Shown: piece by piece, positions 48,845 to 59,307 of the stretch
How positions within the stretch are numbered: the first letter of the stretch is position 1
How the letters are laid out: each line of letters starts with the position of its first letter
Made by a program: the position numbers and the translations under genes
Notes under the pieces: generated by a model
Told to the model about the DNA's origin: nothing
The model's database searches: none
What the model saw: the letters and a program-made list of their open reading frames with translations, nothing else
From: Caecitellus pseudoparvulus
Taxonomy: Eukaryota; Protista; Bigyra: Bicosoecida
Length of the DNA stretch: 64,000 nucleotides
Assembly: GCA_965644315.1 (NCBI GenBank)
Contig: CBFFRQ010000065.1
Location: 1 to 64,000 of the forward strand
Direction of reading: 5' to 3'

Positions 48845-49511
48845 TCACAGCACTGCGGTGGCCACCACCTTCGCTGGCACTCCGCCGAGGGTCACTCCTG
48901 GAGCTGCCACGAAGCCTGGCGCCAGGACGGCACCCTCCTGCACCACCACGCCGTCCTTCAACACACAGCCCGATGCCTGGGTGGGAAGGGGGCGGTGGCA
49001 CTGTGCTGGGGTGTGCAGGTGTGTGCAGGCGGGGCGCTCGCTGGACGCACGAGCAGAGCCTTGGCCCCCACCTGGACCCCCGCTCCCAGGGTGCTGCCCA
49101 CCACCACAGCCCCCGCGCCAATGCTACAGTCGTTGCCTAGCCGCACGCCGGCCCTGTGAGGCGGAGTGTGCGAAGGTGTGCCGAGAGAGTGCGTGGCGCT
49201 GCGGCGGCCCGCCCCCGCACGCACGCTGGGGAGGCACAAGAATTCAAGCACACCCCGTCCTCCAAAGTGCACCGCCGTCCGATGGAGACCGGCCCGTGGG
49301 TGGCGTCCAGAGTCACCTCCCGTCCAACGACACTCTGCACGAGAGCCAGGCGTCACAACGGTCAACGTCGCAGCATGGTTGCCGGATTGCCCGTGGAGCT
49401 CACCTTGCCACCGACGGTGATGGAGTCAGGATTCTTAAGTGCGACGCTCCTATGAATGCTGGCACCCACAGCGGTGCGCATGAAGGCGTCCTCCGGCGCT
49501 GCAGCAGCCAT
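48845..49511 (-). CDS. DCTN5: Dynactin subunit 5 (p25)-like left-handed beta-helix protein, multi-exon
   Basis: Joined exons read FMRTAVGASIHRSVALKNPDSITVGGK / ..VSIGRRCTLEDG.. / VRLGNDCSIGAGAVVVGSTLGAGVQVG / GCVLKDGVVVQEGAVLAPG..GGVPA, which follows the DCTN5 layout of hexapeptide repeats. Confidence 0.7.
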
Positions 49512-49626
49512 GGTGCTGCGGAAATTGTGAGAGGTTCCCGTCTCCTCGTTGCCCTATGCATGCACAGGGGGGCACGAGGGCAGAATGCAGCACTGCGAGG
49601 ACATCAAGTTAAATTGAAAGTGCGCA

Positions 49627-51450
49627 CTAGCTGCCTTCAGCAGCTGGGAGAAAAGCACTTGCAGGGGGGAGCAGCTTCGCGTCGTCGACCCAGGCAGCCA
49701 CATCTGCTTCGTGTGCTCTTTGCACCGCCAGCGGCAGGTCCTTGAGCGTCACTTGGAAAGTGCTGCTCAGGATCTGGTAGCCATGGGCCATGATGTGCAC
49801 GAGGGCCCCGCCTGCCACTGCTGGTGGGCAGTGCTGTGCGAAGCCAGGCGCTGCCTTGCGCGCCGTGGCCAACATGGCACCCAGCGCAGCAGTCGCATCT
49901 GCCTGCTGTGTCACCGCTGAACTCATGGCCGTCATGCTGCCTTCCAGTGCAACTTTTAACGCGCTGGAGTGCTTCGTTCGCAGCTGCTCCAGCACTGCGG
50001 GTGCCAGGCCTGCGGCCTCCTGCGCGGCAGGCGGCAACGCGCCACTCGCCAGCCACCCACACGCCACGGCAAAGTGATGCTGCACGAAGCCAAGGTCAGC
50101 ACAAGCTCGCAGTGCACGTGCCGGACCGGCGGCAGGGTTCACGAATGCCTTGCACACGAGTGCGCAGCCCTGAGCACTGTGCACCAGCGCAGTGCACGCT
50201 GCGTCACTCTCCACACGCTGCAGTGCACCTGCGACGCTGGTGTAGATTTGCTGCGCACACACCAACGCAGCCGTGGACACTGTCACCGCTGACAGGCGCA
50301 GCATGGAGGGGTTGGCCAGTGGAAGTGCCCACTTTCCCCCCACTGCCCAGCCGCCCTGTGCAGCCGCCTCTGCGAGGCTGGCCTCGTCGCCCGGTGGCGA
50401 CTCCTCAAACCTCCGCACGGCGGTGACTTGGCAAGGCGTCGCTGCCGCCACGATGCTGTCCGGCGCGCTGAGGTGCACAGGAATGGCGTGCAGTGTCGCT
50501 GCTGGCGTGTACGTTTCTTGGTACGCAGCTGCACACCTGCCGCGAAGCACCAGCCCCAGCAGCCTGCCTGCACTGCCAGCGCAAGGTGCGCCCAGCCGTG
50601 CCAGCCACGTGCCGCCGGAGCGTGGCTGCCAGCGGGCCTCACAGGCCTGCCATGCCGTCAGCAACGGGACGAGCTCCGAGTCTGGCACGCCCTCCACGCG
50701 AGGCAGGGAGGCCAGTTGGCGTAGGAGCCAGGTGGGGGGTGCGTTGCCGTCGTCACTCCCCCACACGTGTGACAGCGCGGCCTCCACTGCCGCCACCACC
50801 TCCGACCCCGCACCCTGCGTCAGCGCCCCTCGCACGAATGCATGCACTTCCTGCAGCTGCTCGGCGGTGTTGCTCAGCGCAGGCACCCCGCTCTGCTCAG
50901 TCGTGCTTGGCTGGATTTGCAGCTCTGACCGGTGCACTGTCACCGACGCGCCTGGCGCCAGCAGGCTGGGCAGGAATTGCTGCTGCAGCGAGGTCATGGC
51001 GGCACGGAGAGCCACCTGCACCGCGTCAGCCCCAGCAGCACTGTGCAGGTCCTGCAGCAGCTCCCCCATGGTCTGCTTGCTGCCGTCTGCCCAAGTGCCA
51101 GGCGCCAGGAGCAGTGAGCCAGGCGACACCCTCCACGCATTCGCCACGCGCGACTTGGCCAGCGCCAGCAACTCCGCAATGGGGGCGTGGAACGTGGCAG
51201 GGGTCGCGGAGCTCGCCAGCATCAGCTGTTCCACCTGTTTTGCGACGGGCTTGCTGTCGTGTGTGCCTTGGCAGCTGCTGGTTGAGAGTGCGGAAGTTGC
51301 TTCGCTCTGCGCATCGGCGAAGTGGTTGGTGGCTTGCGGGAGAGCACTGGATTCTGCTGCAGCCACACGCACGCCCAGCGCTTCAATGATGCCCTTTTCT
51401 TCCTGTGTCACATCGAAGAACGACCCCCCTTCAAAGGCGAGGCTTGCCAT
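49627..51450 (-). CDS. Divergent ZW10/Dsl1-like helical tethering protein
   Basis: C-terminal half LRLSAVTVSTAA...ALVHSAQGCALVCKAFV...ACADLGFVQHHF resembles, from memory, the ZW10 C-terminal region (C.IS...LF.S......HN.C.Y.AHHL). ATG at 51450. Confidence 0.5.
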   Translation of the reverse strand: MASLAFEGGSFFDVTQEEKGIIEALGVRVAAAESSALPQATNHFADAQSEATSALSTSSCQGTHDSKPVAKQVEQLMLASSATPATFHAPIAELLALAKSRVANAWRVSPGSLLLAPGTWADGSKQTMGELLQDLHSAAGADAVQVALRAAMTSLQQQFLPSLLAPGASVTVHRSELQIQPSTTEQSGVPALSNTAEQLQEVHAFVRGALTQGAGSEVVAAVEAALSHVWGSDDGNAPPTWLLRQLASLPRVEGVPDSELVPLLTAWQACEARWQPRSGGTWLARLGAPCAGSAGRLLGLVLRGRCAAAYQETYTPAATLHAIPVHLSAPDSIVAAATPCQVTAVRRFEESPPGDEASLAEAAAQGGWAVGGKWALPLANPSMLRLSAVTVSTAALVCAQQIYTSVAGALQRVESDAACTALVHSAQGCALVCKAFVNPAAGPARALRACADLGFVQHHFAVACGWLASGALPPAAQEAAGLAPAVLEQLRTKHSSALKVALEGSMTAMSSAVTQQADATAALGAMLATARKAAPGFAQHCPPAVAGGALVHIMAHGYQILSSTFQVTLKDLPLAVQRAHEADVAAWVDDAKLLPPASAFLPAAEGS

Positions 51451-51687
51451 GGCGAGCGCAGCGCCCGCAGCCGTTGTGCAAACGGAAGTGAAACTGGCAA
51501 AGCAAGGTGGATGAGAGCGCGAAGCTGCCCAGGGTCCTGTGGCACGATTGCACATGCACACTTTTGTGTGGGTAAATGATGAGGTGTTTGTTGTGGGCGC
51601 TGGTCGTCTGTGTTGCATTGGCCCCGCACACTGCGGGGGGAGGAGAACTGTCACGTCACGAAAGAGAGTCAAGAGGGTGGTGGGCGC

Positions 51688-52532
51688 TCACTCCAGGGGC
51701 ACAGAGCGAGTGGGAGAGACGGCACCCTCGGTCTTGGGCAGCGTCAGGTGCAGCTGGCCGTCTTGCACCTTTCCGCGGATGGCCTCCGGGTCCACGTTGG
51801 GAGGCAAACGCAGCACCCGGCGCACGGCACCCGAGTGCCGCTCGATGCGGCGCCACTTGGGACTGCCACCCTCCCCGCCTGTGAAAGAAGGAGAATACAG
51901 TGTGTGTATGATATTTGCCCGATGCAATGCTTCGCCGGTCGCTGCCCTGCAGGGCGGGACGCCGCACGCACCTCCGCTCTCGTCCTTGCCGCCCTGCGCA
52001 GTTGCTTCGATGACCAGGGAGCCGTCCTGCACGTCCACCTTCACTTGGTCTTTGGGGACGCCAGGCACGTCAGCCACGATCTCGAATGCATGGTCGGTTT
52101 CTGCGGTGGGGCGCAGCGTGGCGGTGTGCGACATTCGGCGGGGTGGCGGTGGAAAGTTCCAGCGCAGGCACAATTGCCGCCTCGGCACGCACCCTTCACG
52201 TCCAGCGACAGGGCGCGGGGGCCACGCAGGGCATGGCCAAAGAAACCAAGTTCCTGTCCCGTTCCACTTGCGTCCCCTCCCTGCCCCGCCGGCACGACGT
52301 GCTGCCCGTCACTGTGCTCGCCAGTGATGCCGGAGTGATGGGCTTCTCCTGAGCCGGGCGCGTCTTCCAGCCGCTCCACGGTCGGAGACCGGGCCGAAGT
52401 GCCACGAAGGAGTGCGAAGGGGTCCCCCATGAACGGGTCTGCAGCCAGGCTGCGGTGCATGGCGTGCATGTCAGCCATCATGGCGTCCATGTGGCGAGCC
52501 ATGGCAGCGAAGGGTGAGATGTGGCGGGCCAT
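51688..52532 (-). CDS. Small heat-shock protein (HSP20/alpha-crystallin), 3 exons
   Basis: LDVK|ETDHAFEIVADVPGVPKDQVKVDV..WRRIERHSGAVRRVLRLPPNVD..DGQLHLTLPK. Confidence 0.92.
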
Positions 52533-52649
52533 GTCAGCGTGCTGAAGCTTAGATAGCAGTGTCCACTGATGGTTGGGAGTTGCTTGAAGTGTGTGTGTTG
52601 CGTGTAGGCTGTGTGTAGCGTGCGTAGGGGTGATTCAGAGCAGTTTGTA

Positions 52650-53513
52650 ATGTGTCCCTGTCGTGGGTCTGCACTGGACGAGGACCCCCCCCCCCCATGC
52701 GAGGGAGGGGGGCACGTGGAGGCACACCTGCTGCGCCAGCTGGCCAACACAATCCCACCAGCAGCCCCCAGACAGCGAGCAGTCCATGCAGCGCCCATGC
52801 ACCAGTTGCTCAAGCAGCACAGAGCCAGCGTGGCGAGCGCCAACGGTAGCATGGACGGTTTTGGCATTGTGGGAACCGGCGTAGGCCGTGCGCAGGCACA
52901 TGCTTCGTCTCAAAGGGGAGGACCGACATCAGGCAGAACATCAGGCCGGCGCGTGGGCAGTGGAAGCGCCCTGCGAGCTGCCGCGGCGTCGTCGCTGGGG
53001 GGGGGCTCGGCGCGGAATTTGGTCGGTGCGCGACGTCGTGCAGGACCTGGCACCAGCGCCCCCAGAGCCAGTGGTCCCCCTTCGGCAGTGCCCACTGCAC
53101 CACCGCCATCACACATGCAGGGTAGTCGCGTTCCTTCCCAGTCAGGGGCCGCCGTTCCTGCCGCTGCCGCTGCAGCACCAGCCGGCGCTGCATCCAGCAC
53201 GAGCGTCGGGCACACGGGGCGCACACCCGGCACAGACCCCGTCCCCGGTGCCGTCGCGCGGAAGGCAACTGGCATGGCACGTGCATCGGCGTGGAGTAGC
53301 GAGGTGGAGAACAATTTCCGGCTGCAGGAGGTGGGGTGGCGCGACTTGGAAGAGTACCGCGTGGCGCACGGCGAGCCTGAGCGGTGGAAGGCGTCGGGGT
53401 TCATCGCCGTGCTCAAGAGCAAGGGCTCTGGCAACTACATTTACTTCGACCGTGCCCGGGAGTGCGAGGACAAATTCGTGCACCGAGTGAAGCTCTACAC
53501 CTACGCAAGCTGA
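52650..53513 (+). CDS. MEIG1: MEIG1-domain protein with a long low-complexity N-terminal extension (start uncertain)
   Basis: C-terminal WSSEVENNFRLQEVGWRD..EY..PERW..GFIAVL..YFDRARECEDKFVHRVKLYTY is the MEIG1 signature. Confidence 0.85.
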   Translation: MCPCRGSALDEDPPPPCEGGGHVEAHLLRQLANTIPPAAPRQRAVHAAPMHQLLKQHRASVASANGSMDGFGIVGTGVGRAQAHASSQRGGPTSGRTSGRRVGSGSALRAAAASSLGGGSARNLVGARRRAGPGTSAPRASGPPSAVPTAPPPSHMQGSRVPSQSGAAVPAAAAAAPAGAASSTSVGHTGRTPGTDPVPGAVARKATGMARASAWSSEVENNFRLQEVGWRDLEEYRVAHGEPERWKASGFIAVLKSKGSGNYIYFDRARECEDKFVHRVKLYTYAS

Positions 53514-53524
53514 TGGCTGGGGTG

Positions 53525-54635
53525 TCACTTGCCCTGGCCGCCTTTCTTCTTGGCGTTTCCCCGCCGTGTGGCCTTGCGGGAGGCCTTGCCGCCCCCCTTG
53601 CGAGGCGTGCTGTCTGTGGCGCTGGGCGGCGCCGGCGTGGCGGGCAGGCCCCCCGCCTGCAGTGCTGCGATGAACCTGGAATGCAGCTCGTGCAGAAAGT
53701 CCGGCTCGTCCAGCATGCCCACCAGCACGTCACGCAGCGCAGCCTTGGACAGGGCCAGGGGTGTGGGCGTGGGCGTGCCCTCCTCCTCTGCCACCCGCCT
53801 GGCCGCCGCATCCGCCATGCTCTGGGCCATGGAGGAGGAGGGTGTGCCGGAGGGGGGGGCGCTGCTGCGCCCACCTCCTGCACCACCAGGCGTGGCTGCA
53901 GAGTGGCTGGCAGCTTGCAGGAGGGACATGACGCTGGAGTGAGGCGTGGTGGGTGTGCTGGGGGGAGTGGGCCCAGGCTTGGCAGGCGTCATGGCTGGGG
54001 AGGCGCCGTCCCCCCGCAGGCTGCGGCAGTGGCTCTTGATGTGCTGGCGCAGGGTCCGGAGGTCGTGGGGGTGGTAGGACCAGAAACCACACACCGCCTG
54101 CGCAGGCAAGGAGGCGTGCGGGTGGGGCGTCGCTGGGAGGTGCGGGGGCGCCATCACGTACACCCTCGGCCGTCCTCAGCGACAGCATGTCATCTTGCAA
54201 GGTGGAGGAGGTACTGGCCTCCACGTCGAACTTCAAGTTCGTCGGACTCAGGCGATTCAACAAGATCAAGCGCATGGTGGGGGCCTCATACCTGCGCAGG
54301 AGGTGCCAGGGCCATGCAGGTACACGAGGCAGCGGCGTGCCACGGGCGTTTCACTCACCGCTGCACCAGGAAGAGCGGGCCCTCGATAGGCCGTTGTTCC
54401 TGCAAAGGCAGCGCAGGGGGTCGGCGTGACACTTGTGCAATTTACACCACTGCCTGAATCAGGCATGGCTACCCACCCATTCGCCCTTCTGGCAGTCGAA
54501 CTCGTACGCCTTGGTGTGCCGGGCCACAGCAACGATGCTCTCCACTGCTCGGTCCACACGAGACGTGAGCACCGCAAGGTTGATGGCAGCCGCCTTCTCC
54601 TGATCAAAGGTGATCAGCTCTCCCTCCTGGGCCAT
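53525..54635 (-). CDS. DCP1: mRNA-decapping activator DCP1 (EVH1 domain plus C-terminal trimerisation helix), multi-exon
   Basis: INLAVL..YEFD..W / IEGPLFLVQR / RLILLNRLS..NL / VCGFW EVH1 motifs; C-terminal LSKAALRDVLVGMLDEPDFLHELH. Confidence 0.85.
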
Positions 54636-54820
54636 GTCGCACTTCGACGAGGCTCAGGCGTGGGACAGGCGGACTGGGCGTAAGTGGGCGCTGGTGCTGG
54701 GCAGCTCTATGCCGGCGAGCCACGCGAGTGAGCGGCACAGTACCGCGATGCTCGGGAGAGGCCTGGCGCAAACAGGCGGTGGTGCATTGCAATGTTGGCC
54801 GTGCCGTTCACTGCCCGCGC

Positions 54821-56505
54821 TCAGGCGTGCGCACCCCCCTGCGCCGGCACACAGGCGTCCCACAGCGCGTCAAAGGCAGCCTGGTACTCCCGCACAGCCA
54901 TGGGGTCCCGCACCACCAGCACGTTCTCGGCGTTGCCATGGTGGGCCTGCTGGGTCCAGTTGTAGCTGCCCGTGGCCAGGAGGCGCCCATCCACGACGGC
55001 AAACTTGTGGTGCATGTGGTAGGTGGGGGAGGCATCCAGGCGGGTGGGGATACCGCTGGCCGCCAGGCGCAGGATGTCACTGCCGCGGGACTTGGCCTGC
55101 TCGTCGTCGGAGATGAGGCGCACCGCCACGCCCCGCCCCGCCGCCGCTGCGATGGCGTCAGCGATGGCGTTGTCGGTGATGCTGAACACGGCGATGTCCA
55201 GGGAGGTCACGGCGCGGCGCAGCAGGCGCAGAAGCCGGGCGTGGGCGCCAGGGCTGGGGAAGAACAGGCACTGCGTCTCCCCTCCGCTGCTCCCCCCCTG
55301 TGCGCCTCTCTCCGCCGCTGCAGCCACGGCAGGGTGTGCCGTTATCGCTGAAGCCTCCACGCTGGCCACTGCGGCGGTCGCTTGGGCGAGCCACTCCTGG
55401 GCAGGTGCCAGGGCGGGGGCTGTGCCCTCTGTCGCCAAGGCCGCCATGCACCGCCGGTGATGCGCTGCGTACGCGTCCCCGATGGCGCCCAGCAGCACTG
55501 ACGTGGTGGAGGGCGTGATGCCGCCTGCGTGGGGGGCCAGGGCGCCAGTGATGTCCCCAGGCGACACCAGGGTGCCGTCGGCCAGCTGGGCCACCAGTCC
55601 ATGCACCGCTTCCAGTGCGCCCTTCTGCAGGTCTAGCGCTGGCATGACTGTGGGCGTGGGGGAGGCTGGCCCATCCGCTGCCTCCCCCGCCACCTGCACC
55701 TGCGGACGGCGCCACGTGAGGGCAGCCTCACTGCCCAGGAAGCTGCGCACCTTGTCTTGCACCTGGGAGACGGCTGCTGTGGGCATGTGGAACGCCACGT
55801 CCACATTCCCCACCCGCCCCTTGTCTCCGCGTGGCACGTCAAAGTCGGCGCCGAGCGCGTGCAGTTCTCGTGCGTTGGCGCCGCCCCGCCCGATCAAGGA
55901 GCCCACGGCCGAGGCAGGCATGGTGAGCGTGAAGAAAGAGGCGCCAAAGGCATCCTTGACGCCCCACAAGGCGTCTGCCAGGGCAGACAGTGCAGGGGCC
56001 AGCGCTGTCCCAGGACCAGTCACCACCAAGGCTCCAAACACCGTGTCTTCAGCGGGGTCGTCCTGTGAGAACTGCGCAGTCAGCCCATCAAGAGCAGCCA
56101 GGCTAGACACAGCGGCTTCACACGACGCGAACGTCGGCTGTGCGCCAATGGAGGTGCTCAGTTGCACGGAGAGCGTGTCGTGACAAGGCACCACAGCACA
56201 CACCACGCCGACGACTGCGGCAGCACAGGCCTGGGGCGCCCCAGCCACCCACACGACTGGCCCATGTCCTCCCTGCCCTTCCTTATCTACGTTGATGCTG
56301 CAGCCAGACTTTTCCTGCAGCTCGCGGATCGTGGCGCCTTCTGCGGCGGCGGTTGGTGAGAGCAGTTGCCGCAAATCGGCGCCTGCAAGCTGTGAAGGGC
56401 AGACTCACTCTTGCCGATAACTCGCCCCACCAGGCCCCCCGGCACCCGCACCGCCCATCGCTCTCGAGGCCCAAGCAGGGACGAGCTGTCTGCCGAAGCT
56501 GCCAT
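54821..56505 (-). CDS. KH-domain / PLD-superfamily (Zucchini/PLD6/Nuc-like) nuclease fusion protein, 2 exons
   Basis: Intron 56408-56341 restores KH1 (VPGGLVGRVIGKKGATIRELQEKSGCSINV). A second intact KH reads MPASAVGSLIGRGGANAREL. The C-terminal single-HKD domain reads SLDIAVFSIT..RGVAVRLISD..HMHHKFAVVD..TGSYNWT..NAEN. Confidence 0.88.
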
Positions 56506-56585
56506 GGTGCTGCTCGCTGTTGTGCAGAGGCGCGGCGCAGTGACAGTGGTGACTTGGGAAGTGAATTGCCGCCACGCGCTGCACG

Positions 56586-57560
56586 TCAACGCGACGCCAT
56601 GCCGTCCAGGGCCGCAGTGACGCTCTCCCCAACAAGCGGGCTCGCACCACCCACAGCCGATGCATCTGCCCGGTCCCCCCCGTACGCCGCTGCCTTGGCG
56701 GCAGCACCGCCCTTCTCGCTGGCTGGGTCAGGCGTCAAGCTCGTGAACCGCAGGCGAGGGTGCAGCTTGGAGTGGTAAGGCAGCAGGTTCAGGGAACGAG
56801 CGCGCTTGATGGTGCGGGCCATGGCGCGCTGGTGCTTGGCACACAGCTTGGTCAGGCGCTTGGGCAGGATGGTGCCGTTGTCAGCCACGAACTGGGACAG
56901 CAGCGTGGAGTTGTCCACTCGCAGCATGTCCGTGCCGTGGTGGCAGCAGATGCAGTACTGCACTGGCAGCTCCGCCTGCTCGCTGGCAGCCGCCACACTG
57001 CCGTCCTGCATCTTGGCGTACTCCCTGAACAACATGCGCAGGCGAGGCTCAGAGACGGAGTAGGGTGCCTCCACGCTCCTGTGACAGAGATGGGCGGGGA
57101 TGGGAGACGAGTGCAGCCCGGCAACCCTGCACATGCGGCGCCCGAGGTACGTACGCAAAGCGTGCTTCTTCCCGCCGCCAGCGCTGGAAGGCGTTGTCAG
57201 CTGCGTTGGCGCCGACTGGACGTGCGCCGCGCCTGCCTCGCCTGGCCCTGTCCTCACTCTTGCGGTACGGCGCGTCACTGCGCAGGGCAGCTGCACCGGA
57301 GCCGCCAGCGATGAACACATCCTCGTCGTCTCCTGGCACGAGGTCCTCAGGGTCTGGCCCGGCAGCGTCGCCGTTGCTGGCGACAGAGGCGTCTGTGGAG
57401 CACCACGCGAGGCCGGGGCGGAATTTGGCCGGAACCACACGGCGCTGTGCTGTGAGCGCCACGCGGATGAGGGAGCCTGCGAGGAGGGGTTGAGAACTGT
57501 GTGTGGCTGAAGGGATGCCCTGTATGAACAACGTCCTGCGCACGCACGGGCTGTGTGCAT
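56586..57560 (-). CDS. MRPS18: Mitochondrial ribosomal protein S18 (bS18m), multi-exon
   Basis: CICC..N..LLSQFV...G.ILPKR.TKLCAKHQR.MARTIKRARSLNLLPY, with an Arg-rich N-terminus resembling a mitochondrial presequence. Confidence 0.85.
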   Translation of the reverse strand: MHTARACAGRCSYRASLQPHTVLNPSSQAPSSAWRSQHSAVWFRPNSAPASRGAPQTPLSPATATLPGQTLRTSCQETTRMCSSLAAPVQLPCAVTRRTARVRTGPGEAGAAHVQSAPTQLTTPSSAGGGKKHALRTYLGRRMCRVAGLHSSPIPAHLCHRSVEAPYSVSEPRLRMLFREYAKMQDGSVAAASEQAELPVQYCICCHHGTDMLRVDNSTLLSQFVADNGTILPKRLTKLCAKHQRAMARTIKRARSLNLLPYHSKLHPRLRFTSLTPDPASEKGGAAAKAAAYGGDRADASAVGGASPLVGESVTAALDGMASR

Positions 57561-58063
57561 GGTGTCGGGGAGGAGCCGGGAGTACGGTGTGCGGAATTGG
57601 CACGGTGTCCGCTGGACAGAGGCGACTTCCTGCAGTGGATAGGTGCCGGAAGAGCACAACCTGGGAGTCAGGAAGTGCTGAGTGTTCAAAAATGTTCCCA
57701 GGTGGCGGCTGGGGTCTTGGTTTGTGACTCGGGTGACAGCAGTGCACTGTCGCGGCGCACGTGCGTGCATGCCAAGAGTCCACCTGTCGAGCTACATGTA
57801 GGCCAGCAGCCACTGTCTCAGGCAGTCGTCACCCGACTGCATTTGCACCCCTTGTCCCCCATGTCGGCCGATCTGCCGCCCAGGCCCACCCTAGTCTTGG
57901 TGCCAGCACTCCCTACCGCATTGCGCAGTTTGTCCGCAGCAACACTTCCCACTCCACACCCAACGCCTCCAAGCGCACGCTCCAGCGGCCCGCAGTCTTC
58001 CAGCCCCAACTCGGCGAGTAAGCCGCTGCTTTGCGTCGCACTCGTTGCCGCAGCGCTCCCAGC

Positions 58064-59301
58064 ATGGCCGCCGCCAGCCCCGTCGAGGGGTCTGCCCCCC
58101 TCATCCACCTGGCCCTGCCCAAGGGACACATGAAGGACAACGTCTTCAAGCTCATGGAGGAGGCTGGCATGAAGGTGAAGTTGGGCAACGACCGGGCGTA
58201 CCGCCCCAGCATCTCTGTCCCCGGCTACGACGTCAAGTTGCTGAAGGTGAGAATCTCCACGCACCACAGCGCGCTCCGGGGTGTGACGTGCACCCCCTGC
58301 TCCTCGCCACTTGCCGTGCGCAGCCCCAGAACATCTTGGGACTGCTGAAAACTGGAGCTCGTGATCTTGGCTTTGCCGGCCTGGACTGGGCCACCGAGCT
58401 GGGCCTCACAGGGGACGTGGTGGAGGTGTGTCAGTTGTTTGCGGGTTCACTGCGGATTTTGATGCCGCACCCCACTGCAATGCCCCACCCAACGGCGCCG
58501 TCTGGCATGGCATGCTTGTGGGCACCCCTGAACTTGCATCTCTGCCCGCGCACAGCTCATGGACACCAAGTTGGACCCTGTGCGCATTGTCGCTGCCGCA
58601 CCCACAGAGGACATGCTGACAAAGGGCAAGGGCCTGGGCGGCCGCAAGCTGGTGGTGGCGTCCGAGTACGAGGGCATCTGCCGGGCATGGATTGAGAAGA
58701 AGGGCCTGGATGTGAGTGCACAGGCGCCGTCACGCGTGCTGCGGGGTCGCCCCCCCGCGTTACGCGCCGGGGGCCGGCGCTGCGGTGCTGCCCGTGACTT
58801 GCGGAATATTGCACCCTTGCACCGTTTCCCACCTGGCAGGCGGAATTCCTCCGCGCATACGGCGCCACCGAGTCCCTGCCCCCTGAGGACGCCGACTGCA
58901 TCGTGGACAACACCGCCACTGGCTCCACCCTGCGAGCCAACAACCTGCACATCCTGGAAACCATCACGCGCTCCTCCACCCGCCTCTTCGCCTCCAAGCA
59001 GGCACTGGCTGACCCCGAGAAGAAGGCTGCCATCGACACCTTTGTCCTGCTGCTGCAGAGCGTCCTGGACGCCCGGGCCCGCTCCCTGCTCAACTTCAAC
59101 GTCGCAGCAGACAAGCTGGAGGAGGTACTGGAGGGCCTGCCTTCCATGCGTGCCCCCACCGTCACCCAGCTGAGGGGTGCGGAGGGCTTCGCCGTGTCCA
59201 CGGCCGTGCCCACCGGCGATGTGCCGGGCCTGGTGCCGGTGCTCAAGGCCCACGGCGCGACGGACATCCTCGTTCTGCCCATCCAGCAGCTGGTGGCGTG
59301 A
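58064..59301 (+). CDS. HIS1: ATP phosphoribosyltransferase, long form (histidine biosynthesis), 4 exons
   Basis: LALPKG, DLGFAGLDW, VASEY, YGATESLPPEDADCIVDNTATGSTLRANNL, and the C-terminal regulatory domain LPSMRAPTV..LKAHGATDILV. Confidence 0.95.
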
Positions 59302-59307
59302 GGATCG

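Noticed and set aside
48345-49745. 466-aa plus-strand ORF
   Set aside because: It overlaps the better-supported minus-strand DCTN5 exons and a small plus-strand gene in another frame, and its composition is not protein-like.
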